35,882 nt of DNA. Origin: Oscillospiraceae bacterium. GTDB lineage: Bacteria; Bacillota; Clostridia; Oscillospirales; CAG-272. The stretch lies in the NCBI GenBank assembly GCA_015063765.1, contig SVTN01000003.1, positions 1 through 35,882 on the forward strand. Direction: 5' to 3'. The position numbers and the translations under genes are program-made. Shown here one piece after another: positions 35,093 to 35,882 of the stretch. Each line of letters begins with the position of its first letter. Within the stretch, counting starts at the first letter, position 1. The notes beneath the pieces are model-generated. The model was not told the origin of the DNA. It searched no databases and was given only the letters and a program-made list of their open reading frames with translations.

Positions 35093-35882
35093 ATGAACAA
35101 GAAGATTCAAGCGATCATCGACCTCATCAAAGAGAAGGACATCAAGATGGTGGACTTCAAGATGGTGGATATCCACGGTCAGTTCCGCCACGTGACCATT
35201 CCTGCCTACAGCTTTTCCGAGGAGATCATGACGACGGGCATTGGCTTTGATGCCTCCAATTACGGCTACGCCGTTGTCGAAAAGAGCGACATGGTGTTTA
35301 TCCCCGATCCCGACACCGCTATGATCGACCCTTTTTGCGAGATCCCCACACTCTCGATGAGCGGTGATGCTATGATCATCGACTCTCCCAAAAACCGACC
35401 TCTTGCCCAATACCCCCGCAACATCGTCAAGGCGGCAGAGGCGTATATGCGTGACTCCGGCATTGCCGACACCATGCTGATTCTCCCCGAATTTGAATTT
35501 TACCTTTTTGATCAGGTAGGATGGCGAGTCGCCGCGGACGAGGTTTCCTATGCCGTTGACGCCAAGCAGTCCTATTGGAACAGCGACGTTGAGGGCAAGG
35601 GTGTGATCGTTCCCAAGCAGAAGGCATACCACATCGCCAAGCCCTATGACACCTCCTACGAGTGCCGTAGCGAAATGTGCTTGCTCATGGAGGAGGCGGG
35701 CATTCCCGTGAAGTACCACCACCCCGAGGTTGCCGCATCGGGACAGTTTGAGATTGAGCCTATGCTGGGTGAGATGTCCAAGATGGCAGACGCGACCATG
35801 ACCATCAAGTATATCATCAAGAACACCGCCGCCAAGTACGGCAAGAGCGCGACCCTGATGCCCAAGCCCATCGCGGGCGAGG
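35093..35882 (+). CDS. glnA: Type I glutamine synthetase (5' part; runs off the window)
   Basis: Not in the ORF track; manual translation from ATG 35093 (SD aaggag): MNKKIQ..KMVDFKMVDIHGQFRHVTIP..GIGFDASNYG..SDMVFIPD..PEFEFYLFD..YHHPEVA.SGQFEIE..ATLMPKP. Confidence 0.92.
   Translation, partial: MNKKIQAIIDLIKEKDIKMVDFKMVDIHGQFRHVTIPAYSFSEEIMTTGIGFDASNYGYAVVEKSDMVFIPDPDTAMIDPFCEIPTLSMSGDAMIIDSPKNRPLAQYPRNIVKAAEAYMRDSGIADTMLILPEFEFYLFDQVGWRVAADEVSYAVDAKQSYWNSDVEGKGVIVPKQKAYHIAKPYDTSYECRSEMCLLMEEAGIPVKYHHPEVAASGQFEIEPMLGEMSKMADATMTIKYIIKNTAAKYGKSATLMPKPIAGE

Noticed and set aside
35060-35722. 220-aa - strand ORF
   Set aside because: Shadow of glnA on the + strand

Overview
Chromosomal segment that by gene content, sigmaA-type promoters and SD motifs looks like a Clostridia-type Bacillota (inference). 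Left part (1-8.5 kb): a hairpin-dense repeat element cut by the window edge; a minus-strand class II aldolase + SorE-like dehydrogenase operon divergent from plsC-like acyltransferase + DeoR regulator; DUF3737 protein; a YitT-Cof/HAD fusion, GNAT and Fe-S aldo/keto reductase. Centre (8.6-28.8 kb): a ~20 kb Wzx/Wzy-type surface polysaccharide operon with an initiating phosphoglycosyl transferase, about six glycosyltransferases, EpsG-type polymerase, flippase and fnlABC (UDP-L-FucNAc). It carries an unusually rich decoration set: HpcH aldolase, 2-hydroxyacid dehydrogenase, APH/choline-kinase-like protein, pyruvyl transferase + F420-dehydrogenase-beta-like protein, LicD and a LicC/PntC-like nucleotidyltransferase. 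Right part: sugar-phosphate isomerase, rubrerythrin with two rubredoxin-like domains, GH43, a GH28-like protein, two tandem XRE regulators, and the 5' part of glnA (missing from the ORF track). No rRNA, tRNA, CRISPR array or transposase was recognised. All family calls are from motif recognition by eye, not from database searches.
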